Shown here one piece after another: positions 8,708 through 18,258 of a stretch of 57,492 nt of DNA. Numbering within the stretch: position 1 is the stretch's first letter; each line of letters opens with the position of its first letter. The position numbers were made by a program, and so were the translations under genes. Origin of the DNA: Sedimentisphaeraceae bacterium JB056 (lineage in GTDB: Bacteria; Planctomycetota; Phycisphaerae; Sedimentisphaerales; Sedimentisphaeraceae); the NCBI GenBank assembly GCA_044440125.1, contig JBITAJ010000005.1, positions 1 through 57,492 on the forward strand. Direction: 5' to 3'. The notes beneath the pieces were generated by a model. The model saw only the letters and a list, made by a program, of their open reading frames with translations, was not told the DNA's origin and ran no database searches.

Positions 8708-8858
8708 TCAGCAGTCAGTTATCAGTAAACAGTTATCAGCGAAGGATTTCGCTTCGCTTACGCTGTTTTACAAGGCTTACCGCAATAAGTAACTTTAATA
8801 CAGGCGTAAGCAAATAACTTAAAACTAAAAACTTATTACTTATTACTAAAAAATAATT

Positions 8859-9938
8859 ATGTCAAATGTAAAAAAATTAAGCGTCTCACCCGGACCGCAT
8901 ATAAGCACAAGCTATTCAACACAGGCAGTAATGCGTGATGTTATAATAGGTTTGGCTCCTGCGGCATTAGCGGGCATTTATTATTTCAAGGCAAAAGCCG
9001 CCATACTGATTGCTGTCTGCGTATTAACATGTATGATTACGGAATGGCTGTGCTGCAAGATACGCAAGAAACAATCATCCATAGGCGACCTAAGTGCAGT
9101 TGTTACCGGCCTCATACTTGCAATGTCTCTGCCGCCTGCACTGCCTGTGATATACGCAATAATAGGCTGCGTATTCACGATTACGATCACCAAGATGGTG
9201 TTTGGCGGATTGGGTTACAACCCTTTCAATCCGGCAATGGCAGGACGTGTATTCCTTACCGCATGTTTCGGTATGGCTATGACAACATGGACGCTGCCGT
9301 CAAATCTCAACTCAGATATGCCTGATATCGGCTCGGAAAACGCCGTTATCACCTCAACATTCCAGGCTGACGAGACAACAACCGATGCTATCACAGGTGC
9401 TACACCTCTTGGATGGGTTAAGAAAGCTATCAAAACCCGCAACCTTGAAGATGCGACAAAGATAGTGAAAGCCAATTACGCCAATTCACAGCTAAAAGCT
9501 TCATTCTATGGATATACCGGCGGATGTCTTGGAGAGACAAGCTCTCTGGCATTGCTTTTAGGCGGCATATATATGCTGATCCGCAGAACGATAACATGGG
9601 TTACACCGGTATGCGTTCTTGCCTCTGCATTTGTCTTCGCTGAGATAGTATTCCTGTTCGACCGAACAGCGTTCGCGAACCCGCTGCTTCACATATTCTC
9701 AGGCGGTATGCTGATATGTGCATTCTTCATCGCCACCGATCCAGTAACAATACCTATAAGCCGTAAGGGTATGGCGATATTCGGTATCGGAACCGGACTG
9801 CTTATCATGCTGATAAGAACATTCGGCGGCTACCCCGAAGGCGTGATGTATGCGATACTTATCATGAATGCATTCACCCCTCTTATAGACAAAGCTTGTA
9901 AGATCAAACCAATTGGAGGTGTTCCAGGTGGAAAATAA
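8859..9938 (+). CDS. rnfD: Rnf subunit D
   Basis: FGGLGYNPFNPA, DAITGATPL (FMN-binding Thr), GCLGETS, FFIATDPVT. Confidence 0.97.
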   Translation: MSNVKKLSVSPGPHISTSYSTQAVMRDVIIGLAPAALAGIYYFKAKAAILIAVCVLTCMITEWLCCKIRKKQSSIGDLSAVVTGLILAMSLPPALPVIYAIIGCVFTITITKMVFGGLGYNPFNPAMAGRVFLTACFGMAMTTWTLPSNLNSDMPDIGSENAVITSTFQADETTTDAITGATPLGWVKKAIKTRNLEDATKIVKANYANSQLKASFYGYTGGCLGETSSLALLLGGIYMLIRRTITWVTPVCVLASAFVFAEIVFLFDRTAFANPLLHIFSGGMLICAFFIATDPVTIPISRKGMAIFGIGTGLLIMLIRTFGGYPEGVMYAILIMNAFTPLIDKACKIKPIGGVPGGK

Positions 9939-10542
9939 AAAGCAAAATGTAATAGCTCTTTTTATAAGTGAAAGCTGGCTTCTTATAGTGGCTTCACTCG
10001 TATTCGGTCTGCTGCTTGCAGGCGTCAACTATGCACTTAAACCGAAAATAGAAGCAAACGCCAATTCAAAACAGACTGAGGCATTGAAGGAACTTCTTTT
10101 AGATGCCCAGACTTTTGAAAAGATTGTGGATAATGCCTCAGTAGAAAATATAGCGTCTCCGGTAACCGTGTTCAAGGGAGTCAAGAACGGAATGTCCGCC
10201 GGTTGGGTATTTACCGCGACAGGCCCTGGATATGCCGACAAAATAGACCTTCTGATTGCTGTTGATTCAGGATTTGAAAAGATAGTCGGCTACAAAGTCC
10301 TGTTCAGTAACGAAACTGTAGGCTTTGGCGACAAGATCAAGAATCCATACTATAAAGATCAATTCGCCGGTGCACCGGTCGAGAAGCTTGAGCTTCTTAA
10401 GATGGGTGACGAAACAGTAATCGACAATAACATCATAGCTATAAGCGGTGCCACAATAAGCAGTAATGCAGTAGTAGAGATATTCAATACGCACCTGCTT
10501 AACATCAAGACACAACTCAAAGAGAAAGGACTACTGCAATGA
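9928..10542 (+). CDS. rnfG: Rnf subunit G
   Basis: N-terminal TM helix, GYADKI, ETVGFG and ISGATISS FMN site. GTG9928 follows GGAGGT. Confidence 0.93.
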   Translation: MENKKQNVIALFISESWLLIVASLVFGLLLAGVNYALKPKIEANANSKQTEALKELLLDAQTFEKIVDNASVENIASPVTVFKGVKNGMSAGWVFTATGPGYADKIDLLIAVDSGFEKIVGYKVLFSNETVGFGDKIKNPYYKDQFAGAPVEKLELLKMGDETVIDNNIIAISGATISSNAVVEIFNTHLLNIKTQLKEKGLLQ

Positions 10543-11153
10543 GCGACAAAAATAAAGTAACAGCCGCCGGCACCTTTCTTGCCGGTATATGGAAAGAAAA
10601 CCCCGTATTGGCTCTGATGCTCGGTATGTGTCCGACGCTTGCGGTAACGGGTGATGCCTCATCAGCATTAACAATGGGACTCAGTGCTACATTTGTACTG
10701 TTTTGCTCGAATATAGTGATAAGCCTGATGCGTAATATGCTCAAGCCTCATTTGAGAATTCTGATGTTCACGCTTACGATCTCAACTTTCGTTACGATTG
10801 TAGACCTTCTGCTCAAGGCGTATCTTCCCGATATGAGTGCCAAGCTTGGACCTTATATCCCGCTTATCATTGTGAACTGTCTTATTATTTGCCGTGCCGA
10901 GGCATGTGCGAGTAAGAACGGCATCTTTATATCAATAGTTGATGCTCTCGGTATGGGCTTGGGATTCACGCTTACGCTGTTCGTCCTTGCGGCTATTCGA
11001 GAAATACTCTCTTACGGCACGTTGTTCGGCAAAATGGTAATGCCTGATGGATTCATCACATTATTCGCGTTCGCTCTGCCGGTCGGTGCTTTCGTTACGC
11101 TCGGACTTATGCTGGGTGTTGTCAATATCATTAACACTAAGCTGGCGAAATAA
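10539..11153 (+). CDS. rnfE: Rnf subunit E
   Basis: ENPVLALMLGMCPTLAVT and IPLIIVNC. Confidence 0.96.
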   Translation: MSDKNKVTAAGTFLAGIWKENPVLALMLGMCPTLAVTGDASSALTMGLSATFVLFCSNIVISLMRNMLKPHLRILMFTLTISTFVTIVDLLLKAYLPDMSAKLGPYIPLIIVNCLIICRAEACASKNGIFISIVDALGMGLGFTLTLFVLAAIREILSYGTLFGKMVMPDGFITLFAFALPVGAFVTLGLMLGVVNIINTKLAK

Positions 11154-11164
11154 GGAGAGCGAAA

Positions 11165-11755
11165 ATGGAAACAGTTCAAACACTTATTTTAGCATTTTTC
11201 TCAATAGTAATCGTAAACAACCTTGTATTCTCCAAGTTTTTGGGTATCTGCCCTTACCTTGGAGTCTCGGGACGTATAGATATGGCTTTCGGAATGGGAA
11301 TGGCCGTGACATTCGTTGTTACATTGAGCGGTACTCTCACATGGCTCATCGACAACCTGATACTTATTCCCTTCGGGCTTGAAGTTACAAGATACGTATG
11401 CTTCATTCTTGTTATCGCGGGTGCGGTACAGCTTGTTGAAATGTATGTACGCAAATTCTTTCCGGCGTTGTATGAAAGCTTCGGAATATTCCTGGCTCTT
11501 ATTACAACGAACTGTGCGATTCTCGGTCTGTGTCTTTTCCTGAACCTTTGGAAGACACCGAACGTACTTGAAGCAATCGTATTGAGCTTTGGCGCGGGAG
11601 TCGGCTTCACATTGGCCATATGCATCATGGCAGGCATAAGAGAGAACCTCGAGCTTGCAGACATCCCCGAATCCCTCAAGGGAGCACCCATAACACTTAT
11701 TACCGCTGGATTGCTTACACTGGCGTTTATGGGCTTTGCCGGAATGATCAAATAG
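11165..11755 (+). CDS. rnfA: Rnf subunit A
   Basis: NNLVFSKFLGICPYLGVS and LITTNCAILG. Confidence 0.96.
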   Translation: METVQTLILAFFSIVIVNNLVFSKFLGICPYLGVSGRIDMAFGMGMAVTFVVTLSGTLTWLIDNLILIPFGLEVTRYVCFILVIAGAVQLVEMYVRKFFPALYESFGIFLALITTNCAILGLCLFLNLWKTPNVLEAIVLSFGAGVGFTLAICIMAGIRENLELADIPESLKGAPITLITAGLLTLAFMGFAGMIK

Positions 11756-11772
11756 CTGATAGCTACGAATAA

Positions 11773-11836
11773 CAGTACCGCAAACGTAAGTGAGCGGGTA
11801 ACGAAAACGACAGTACCGCGACCGTGAGGAAGCGGG
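11773..11836 (+). repeat. Two tandem 26-bp REP-like elements (11773-11798, 11811-11836)
   Basis: cagtaccgcaaacgtaagtgagcggg and cagtaccgcgaccgtgaggaagcggg; same family as copies at 30869, 55828, 55876, 57147 and 57196. Confidence 0.85.
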
Positions 11837-11872
11837 TAAACAACTTAAAACTTAGAACTTAGAGATAAAAAA

Positions 11873-12700
11873 ATGATACTTGCCAATATAGTGGATATAT
11901 TTAATAATGCCTGGCCTGCCGGGCTTACAATGGTGGTATTGGGCGGCGTGTTTGCCTTGATACTGCTAATCGCAAGCATAAAACTTAAAGTAGAGGTTGA
12001 CCCTAAGGAAGAAGCCATCAAAGAGGCACTGCCCGGTATCGACTGCGGTGCCTGCGGTTATGCCGGTTGCGGGTCGTATGCCAAGGCGGTACACCAGAAC
12101 CCTGAGCTTATAGGCAAATGTGCACCCGGCGGCTCTGATGTATCGAACAAGATAGCTGAGATACTCAATCTGGAAGCAAGCGGCGGCGGCGTAGCAATGA
12201 AGCCGGTGGTTCATTGCAATGCTAATATCGAAGATAAGAAGTTCTACGCCGAATATACCGGCATAGAAAGCTGTACGGCGGCAAACGCCCTGCCGAACGT
12301 TATGGCATGTAAATACGGCTGCCTCGACTTTGGCGACTGCGTGAAGGCATGTCAGTTCGGAGCTTTAAGCATCGTTGATGGTCTGGCAACTGTTGATTAC
12401 GACAAGTGTACAGGCTGTACGGCATGCGTCAAAGCCTGCCCGCGTAATCTTATCGAGATGGTTCCGTTCAAAGAGGATAAAATGATGGTAGTCGCCTGCC
12501 GCAGTCAGGAACTCGGTAAAGATACCAGAGGAATGTGTAAGGTAGGCTGTATCGCATGTAAGATGTGTACAAGGCAATCTGATATGTTCGAGATGAACGG
12601 CAACGTAGCAAAAATAGATTATGAAAAATACGAAGACAACGAAGCTCTGCAAACAGCGGCAGAGAAATGCCCGACTAAAGTAATTGTCTACAGAGGATAA
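11873..12700 (+). CDS. rnfB: Rnf subunit B
   Basis: LPGIDCGACGYAGC, CAPGG and multiple ferredoxin motifs. Confidence 0.96.
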   Translation: MILANIVDIFNNAWPAGLTMVVLGGVFALILLIASIKLKVEVDPKEEAIKEALPGIDCGACGYAGCGSYAKAVHQNPELIGKCAPGGSDVSNKIAEILNLEASGGGVAMKPVVHCNANIEDKKFYAEYTGIESCTAANALPNVMACKYGCLDFGDCVKACQFGALSIVDGLATVDYDKCTGCTACVKACPRNLIEMVPFKEDKMMVVACRSQELGKDTRGMCKVGCIACKMCTRQSDMFEMNGNVAKIDYEKYEDNEALQTAAEKCPTKVIVYRG

Positions 12701-12708
12701 TACTCAAC

Positions 12709-12749
12709 AAAAATCCCCGATAAGCAAACAAACTCATCGGGGATTTTTT
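12709..12749 (+). terminator. Intrinsic terminator of the rnf operon
   Basis: aaaaatccccgat…atcggggattttt stem followed by a T-tract. Confidence 0.8.
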
Positions 12750-12850
12750 ATTTTAAAGCCACTCCCCAGAACCATTATCTTGGTTTATTCTATATTCCAT
12801 TTCCTTATAAGATTCACAGTTTACTAATAATCTCGACTAACCTAAACCTC

Positions 12851-12879
12851 TTGACTCATTGTACCAATTATGGTACAAT
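12851..12879 (+). promoter_or_regulatory. sigma70 promoter with overlapping palindromic operator for the TA pair
   Basis: TTGACT-17nt-TACAAT; inverted repeat attgtacca-atta-tggtacaat at 12858-12879. Confidence 0.75.
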
Positions 12880-12886
12880 ACTAACA

Positions 12887-13249
12887 ATGGGTAATGATAA
12901 AAAAATAGTTGTTCGGTTTTATCGAAACTCAAACGGCAATGAACCTGTTAGAAGTTGGCTATTAAAATTATCCAAAGAAGACAAACTGACTATTGGCAGC
13001 GACATCAAAACAGTAGAATTTGGCTGGCCGGTTGGATTACCGGTTTGTAAATCAATGGGCAGTGGTCTATGGGAAGTAAGGTCAACACTGAAAAACAGAA
13101 TCGCAAGAATACTATTCTGTATAGAAGCTGACAGTATGTGGCTATTGCATGGTTTCATTAAAAAACAACAGAAAACGCCCAAAGCAGACATCAGCATCGC
13201 AAAAGAAAGAATGGATAAGCTTAGAAAATACCTTAAGGATAATAAATAA
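12887..13249 (+). CDS. Type II toxin, RelE/HigB (Gp49-like) family
   Basis: FYRNSNGNEPVRSWL, GWPVGLPVCK, GLWEVRS, LLHGFIKKQQKTP. Confidence 0.9.
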   Translation: MGNDKKIVVRFYRNSNGNEPVRSWLLKLSKEDKLTIGSDIKTVEFGWPVGLPVCKSMGSGLWEVRSTLKNRIARILFCIEADSMWLLHGFIKKQQKTPKADISIAKERMDKLRKYLKDNK

Positions 13250-13542
13250 TGGACAAACAAAACAAAAAAACTCCAACAGGATCTTCATTTGATGAATTTC
13301 TTCGGGAAGAAAATATATACGAAAAAACGACTCTTCTTGCTGCCAAGAAAATTCTGGCTATGCAGATTGCTGAAGAAATGAAACAGCAACATATATCCAA
13401 AACGCAAATGGCTCGTAAGATGAACACATCACGTTCTTCACTCGAAAGACTTTTAGATCCTGAATGCGGATCAATAACCCTGCAAACACTTGATAAAGCC
13501 GCCCATTCACTGGGACGACGTATAGCTATCAGCTTAGTATAA
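13249..13542 (+). CDS. XRE-family HTH antitoxin (HigA-like)
   Basis: GSSFDEFL…ISKTQMARKMNTSRSSLERLLDP…ITLQTL. TAATG coupling to the toxin gene. Confidence 0.9.
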   Translation: MDKQNKKTPTGSSFDEFLREENIYEKTTLLAAKKILAMQIAEEMKQQHISKTQMARKMNTSRSSLERLLDPECGSITLQTLDKAAHSLGRRIAISLV

Positions 13543-13574
13543 TCTGCAGAAAAAACTCACATATAAAACTTATG

Positions 13575-13613
13575 AAAAAAGCGACAGGATTATTTCAATC
13601 TCTGCCGCTTTTT
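13575..13613. terminator. Bidirectional terminator between convergent genes
   Basis: aaaaaagcgacag…ctgccgcttttt imperfect stem flanked by A/T tracts. Confidence 0.6.
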
Positions 13614-13636
13614 GTTTTTATACAAACGAATGTATA

Positions 13637-15211
13637 TTAATCATTCCTGCCGTATGTTTCACCGTTCCAGTCATCAGTCCTGAATGGTGAAGCAGGTAAA
13701 CCTTCTGCGTTATAAAGATCATTGTCAGGATAAATATCCCATGCATACCTTACAGCAACAGGCTCTTTAACCTTGTCGCTTGAAACAACGATGTCACTGC
13801 CGTCTATAACAGCATCTGCCCAGACAAACTTTCTGTCGCTTCCTGCAATCGCAAAACCAACAGGTTTGTCGCCTTTAGTCATGAGGCCATTATCGGCATA
13901 TTTGAACTTAACTCTGATCTTGTCGCCTTCAACGAAATAACCAGCATAAAGCGGACCGCTGAAAGGCATATCAAAACCATAATCCTTAACCAATGCCCAG
14001 CGAGCAAGTCTTTCGCCAACATCCTTTTTATTACCGGGATGGATATTATTGGCTTCGCCTATATCTATAATCACTGCCATGCCGTTGTTTTTATGATCAC
14101 AAGTCATAAGCTGTGCTTCGCGAAGCTCCGCCCAGCCGTGATCTCTTGGTTCACCGCTGTAAACTTCTACTTCCTGCCCCGGCTTGTGAGAATAGTAATT
14201 TGCAAGCTGTACAAAATAGAAAGGCATATCAGGATTATCAAAATCGCATCTCCAGTTATTTATCATAACAGGGAAAAGTCTTCGATATTGATAAGACTTG
14301 CCGGCATTTGATTCGCCCTGATACCAGATAGCGCCTTTGATTGTCATATTTGTTATAGGTGCTATCATCGCGTTGTAAAGAGTAGCGGGTTTATCCTGAG
14401 GTCTGCTTCCACCCGGACATCTCGGCGCAGGTTTACCCTCTGCTTTTGCTTTGGTTGCGGCCTCTTCCCATTGGCTCCTGCTTTTACTGAACTTAGGAAT
14501 CAGTGGATTAAGCTGATCATCCTGAGCGATGAACTCTTCTCTTGTCCACGCTTCGGCAAGCGTACCGCCCCAGTTGCTTGAAATGAGTCCAACAGGCAAT
14601 CCTGTATCATTCTGCACTTTGCGTCCGAAATAGTAGCCTACTGCACTGAAAGCTTTAACCGTTTCAGGATTGCAGAGAACCCATTTGCCGGACACGTCTT
14701 TAAGAGGCTCATCAGCAGTTGCTCGATCTACTGTAAAAAGCCTTATTTTGTCGTTTGCAGAATTGGCGATATCTTCCGGGCCTCCAATAATAGGCTGCTT
14801 ATCCCAACCTCCCATTGGCATAGACATATTCGATTGTCCACTACAGAGCCACAACTCACCTATTAAAATATTACTTACAGTAATTTCATTATTACCCTTA
14901 ACTTTGAGGCTGTATGGACCGCCGGCTTTCGGAGTGTTTATCTTCAAACTCCAGTTTCCCTGCTCGTCGGCAACTGTTTCAGCGGTTACTTTCTTAGGAA
15001 AAAACTTACCTACAAGCGGTAAAGTGTTGCCCCAGTTTGCCTCAACAGTAACCTTCTCTCCTGCATCGGCCCAACCCCAGATATTTACTTCCGCATTCTG
15101 TTGGAGAGCCATATTATCCGATATTATCGCCGGCAGTTTCACATCAGCAAAACCGCTCAGACAAATGCAGCCGGAAATAAGAACTAAAACCAATAATCTC
15201 AACTTCTTCAT
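13637..15211 (-). CDS. Secreted sialate O-acetylesterase (SASA/SGNH) paralog 1
   Basis: Signal peptide, GELWLCSGQSNM, WYQGESN, VQLAN, NIHP. Confidence 0.9.
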   Translation of the reverse strand: MKKLRLLVLVLISGCICLSGFADVKLPAIISDNMALQQNAEVNIWGWADAGEKVTVEANWGNTLPLVGKFFPKKVTAETVADEQGNWSLKINTPKAGGPYSLKVKGNNEITVSNILIGELWLCSGQSNMSMPMGGWDKQPIIGGPEDIANSANDKIRLFTVDRATADEPLKDVSGKWVLCNPETVKAFSAVGYYFGRKVQNDTGLPVGLISSNWGGTLAEAWTREEFIAQDDQLNPLIPKFSKSRSQWEEAATKAKAEGKPAPRCPGGSRPQDKPATLYNAMIAPITNMTIKGAIWYQGESNAGKSYQYRRLFPVMINNWRCDFDNPDMPFYFVQLANYYSHKPGQEVEVYSGEPRDHGWAELREAQLMTCDHKNNGMAVIIDIGEANNIHPGNKKDVGERLARWALVKDYGFDMPFSGPLYAGYFVEGDKIRVKFKYADNGLMTKGDKPVGFAIAGSDRKFVWADAVIDGSDIVVSSDKVKEPVAVRYAWDIYPDNDLYNAEGLPASPFRTDDWNGETYGRND

Positions 15212-15284
15212 TCTCTAATTCCTCTTTATAAAACTATTAATAATGATAAGGGATCGAAAACCCTGTTACAAACATTTTGTATTG

Positions 15285-16877
15285 TCAATAATCAACCTTG
15301 CCGTATGTCTCTTCATTCCAGTCATCAGTCCTGAAAGGTGATGCCGGCAGTCCTTCTGCGTTATAGATATTATTCTCAGGATACACATCCCAAGCATATC
15401 TAACTGCAACTGGCTCGCTGACTTGATTACTTGAGACAACAATGTCGCTGCCATCTATTACAGCATCAGCCCAGACAAATTTCCTATCGCTTCCGGCTAT
15501 GGCAAATCCAACAGGTTGACCTCCTTCAGCAATGAGACCGTTATCTGCATATTTGAACTTGATTCTGATCTTGTCGCCTTCAACAAAGTAACCGGCATAA
15601 AGCGGACCGCTGAAAGGAATATCGAAACCATAATCTTTCGCAAGAGCCCACAGAGCGAGCCTCTCGCCTACATCTTTCTTATTGGAAGGATGGATACTGT
15701 TAGCCTGGCCAATATCAATTGTCACTGCCATCCCATTATTCTTATGATCGCAAGTCATCAATTGTGCCTCACGAAGCTCTGCCCAGCTGTGATTCCTCGG
15801 CTCCCCTTTATATACATCCACATCCTGTTGCGGCTTGTGCGTATAAAAACTCGCAAGCTGAACAAAATAGAAAGGCATATCAGGGTTGTCAAAATCACAT
15901 CTCCAGTTATTAATCATCGTAGGGAAAAGATTACGATATTGATAAGCTCTGCTTGCATTGCCTTCTCCCTGATACCAAACTACACCCTTGATAGTCATAT
16001 TTGTTATAGGAGCTATCATAGCATTATACAACGCAGATGCCTTATCTTGTGGTCGCGGTCTTTTTGGCTCAGGCTTACCCTCTTTTTTAGCCGCCGTAAC
16101 CTTCTGCTCCCATTCAGCCATCCATCTTGCATATGTCTTTGCAAGACTGCTGAGTTGTGGATCAGCCACCATGAATTCTCTTCTTGTCCATACCTCTGCT
16201 TTGGTGCCGCCCCAACTACTCTCTATTAAACCAACCGGCAACATTGTTTGCCTGTTGATCTTCCTTCCAAAATAATAACCGGCGGCGGTAAAATCCTTGA
16301 CTGTTTCAGGGCCACAAACCATCCACTCACCTTCGATATCTTTTAGCGGTGTGTCAGCTGTTGCCCTCTTTACCTGAAAAAGTCTTATTTTATCATTAGC
16401 AGAGCCGGCAATATCTTCAGGCCCACCGATAATAGGCTGCTTATTCCATCCCTGCATAGGCATCTGCATATTCGACTGTCCACTGCAAAGCCATAGTTCA
16501 CCAACAAGAATATTCTTCACCATAATCTTGTTATTACCCTCAACTTTAAGGCTGTAAGGACCGCCTGCTTTCGGAGTCTTTATTTTAACTTTCCAGTTGC
16601 CCTGTTCGTCAGCAACAGTATTTACCGCAACTTTTTGAGGAAAGATTTTACCTATAAGCGGCAAAGTATTACCCCAGTCAGCTTCAACAGTGACTTTCTC
16701 TCCTGCGTCAGCCCAACCCCAGATATTCACTTCGACATCCTGCTGTAATGCCATATTGTCTGATATTATAGAAGGCAAACTTACATCTGCAAAGCTGCCG
16801 AAACAAAAACAGACAATAATTATCGTAATTACTGTTCTAAGTTGAATTTTTCCCATTTCATCCCTTTCTAAAAACAA
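15285..16877 (-). CDS. Secreted sialate O-acetylesterase (SASA/SGNH) paralog 2
   Basis: Same motifs (GQSNM, WYQGEGN, SIHP) and highly similar to paralog 1. Start may be the internal Met (MGKIQ). Confidence 0.9.
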   Translation of the reverse strand: MFLERDEMGKIQLRTVITIIIVCFCFGSFADVSLPSIISDNMALQQDVEVNIWGWADAGEKVTVEADWGNTLPLIGKIFPQKVAVNTVADEQGNWKVKIKTPKAGGPYSLKVEGNNKIMVKNILVGELWLCSGQSNMQMPMQGWNKQPIIGGPEDIAGSANDKIRLFQVKRATADTPLKDIEGEWMVCGPETVKDFTAAGYYFGRKINRQTMLPVGLIESSWGGTKAEVWTRREFMVADPQLSSLAKTYARWMAEWEQKVTAAKKEGKPEPKRPRPQDKASALYNAMIAPITNMTIKGVVWYQGEGNASRAYQYRNLFPTMINNWRCDFDNPDMPFYFVQLASFYTHKPQQDVDVYKGEPRNHSWAELREAQLMTCDHKNNGMAVTIDIGQANSIHPSNKKDVGERLALWALAKDYGFDIPFSGPLYAGYFVEGDKIRIKFKYADNGLIAEGGQPVGFAIAGSDRKFVWADAVIDGSDIVVSSNQVSEPVAVRYAWDVYPENNIYNAEGLPASPFRTDDWNEETYGKVDY

Positions 16878-17150
16878 AATCCTGATCGAAGGCTAAATCA
16901 AATCCATATTTGAATTCCAACCAAATTCAGTATTTTAATGATTTTACAAAACAATAACTGCTGTTCAATAACTAATTGCTATAAACAGTCTAAAAACACT
17001 TTTTAACGACTCTGTAAGCCATTTTTCAATAAAAACATGAAAAAAAGGAATATTTTTCGAACACTTAACACAAAAAAAGAACAACGAATACTGAAAAACG
17101 TATTAATGCATGGAAGAGCGAGGTAAAACAACTTAATAGAATGGAGGTGT

Positions 17151-17381
17151 ATGATGAATACTCATATATTATCAGGACATCATCTACATTGGCACTGGAT
17201 GGAAAGTATGTGCCATAAAATGAACTTAGCAATTCACAACCCTAAAATGTGGGCTATAATATCTGTTTGTGCTTTAGTAGCAGCCTTGATCTTCTTAGCA
17301 ATGATAGCAAGTACAATGGAGGGTGAGCCAACAATGCCGTACTACTACGATTATCCACTATACCCACAGGCAGCACCTTAA
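17151..17381 (+). CDS. Small His-rich single-TM protein, paralog A
   Basis: GGAGGT RBS; His/Trp-rich N-terminus, TM helix and YYYDYPLYP tail; similar to 17612..17827. Confidence 0.75.
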   Translation: MMNTHILSGHHLHWHWMESMCHKMNLAIHNPKMWAIISVCALVAALIFLAMIASTMEGEPTMPYYYDYPLYPQAAP

Positions 17382-17466
17382 TGAAGTAGTTTGTTAGACG
17401 GGTATGCAATCAGACGTCCTGCCGGCGTAGGCAGGGTGTTAATAACATAAACGTTTATTTTAAGTG

Positions 17467-17503
17467 GTTTGGTTACCGTCGTTTATCGCGGCGGTAACCA
17501 AAC
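17467..17503 (+). terminator. Strong stem-loop after paralog A
   Basis: gtttggttaccgtcg…cggcggtaaccaaac; no clear U-tract. Confidence 0.55.
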
Positions 17504-17611
17504 TTACAAAACCTTCTGTTCTTTTACAATTTATGTTATGCCAAGAACAACACCTTCGAGAATACATGATGCAATTATATTAATCCTTAAACTTTCATAG
17601 GGAGGTGTATT

Positions 17612-17827
17612 ATGAACGCTCATTTAACACACAATCATGAACATTGGATGGACGATTTTATGCATACACTCTGGTTTGGACTTCATAGTCACAGAGTATG
17701 GCAAATAGTCGGTATCGTTGCTCTGATATCAGTTCTAATGCTGTTATTTGTATTTGCTGCAAGTTTCAGCGGTTCTCAGAGCGTATCCTATTATTATGGA
17801 TATCCGGCTTACCCAATGGTTCCCTAA
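17612..17827 (+). CDS. Small His-rich single-TM protein, paralog B
   Basis: GGAGGT RBS; HNHEHWM…H…H..W, TM helix and YYYGYPAYP tail. Confidence 0.75.
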   Translation: MNAHLTHNHEHWMDDFMHTLWFGLHSHRVWQIVGIVALISVLMLLFVFAASFSGSQSVSYYYGYPAYPMVP

Positions 17828-17949
17828 GCAATGAGACGAGGCAACTAAGTTATTGGGAGTTAGAAGGTTAAAAGCTTAAAGAGAATGCATAAATAAGAAG
17901 TAGAAGATTTCCCCGATGGTCGGGGAAGATTAAATAATGTTTCTAAAAG

Positions 17950-17988
17950 AGGCATCCCTCAGATGTAGAGGGATGCCTTTATTTATTT
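17950..17988 (+). terminator. Intrinsic terminator
   Basis: aggcatccctc…gagggatgcct followed by a T-rich tail. Confidence 0.75.
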
Positions 17989-18258
17989 TAAATTCCAGTT
18001 ATCAATAAAGAGCTTTATATTTTTTGGTAAGCACGCCCTAATTAAGTCTAAATATTATCAAAGCATCCTCTGAGCAACTGCTTTTTATCTTGACTGTACT
18101 TCTGAGTTTTGTACAATGATAAGTCAAGATTTAGCCGTAGGCAACGGCTATATTCCCTGTTATTTAATGAAGTATGGGCGGTTGAGGTCTATACTTAAAT
18201 ATTGAAAACTTAAAGCCTTTAATGAAAAGGTATTACAAGAATAACCGGAGATTCCCAG

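Noticed and set aside
18118..18258. Purine riboswitch in the guaB leader
   Set aside because: A hairpin (tagccgt-aggca-acggcta) exists, but I could not find the conserved purine aptamer core; an Infernal/Rfam scan would decide.
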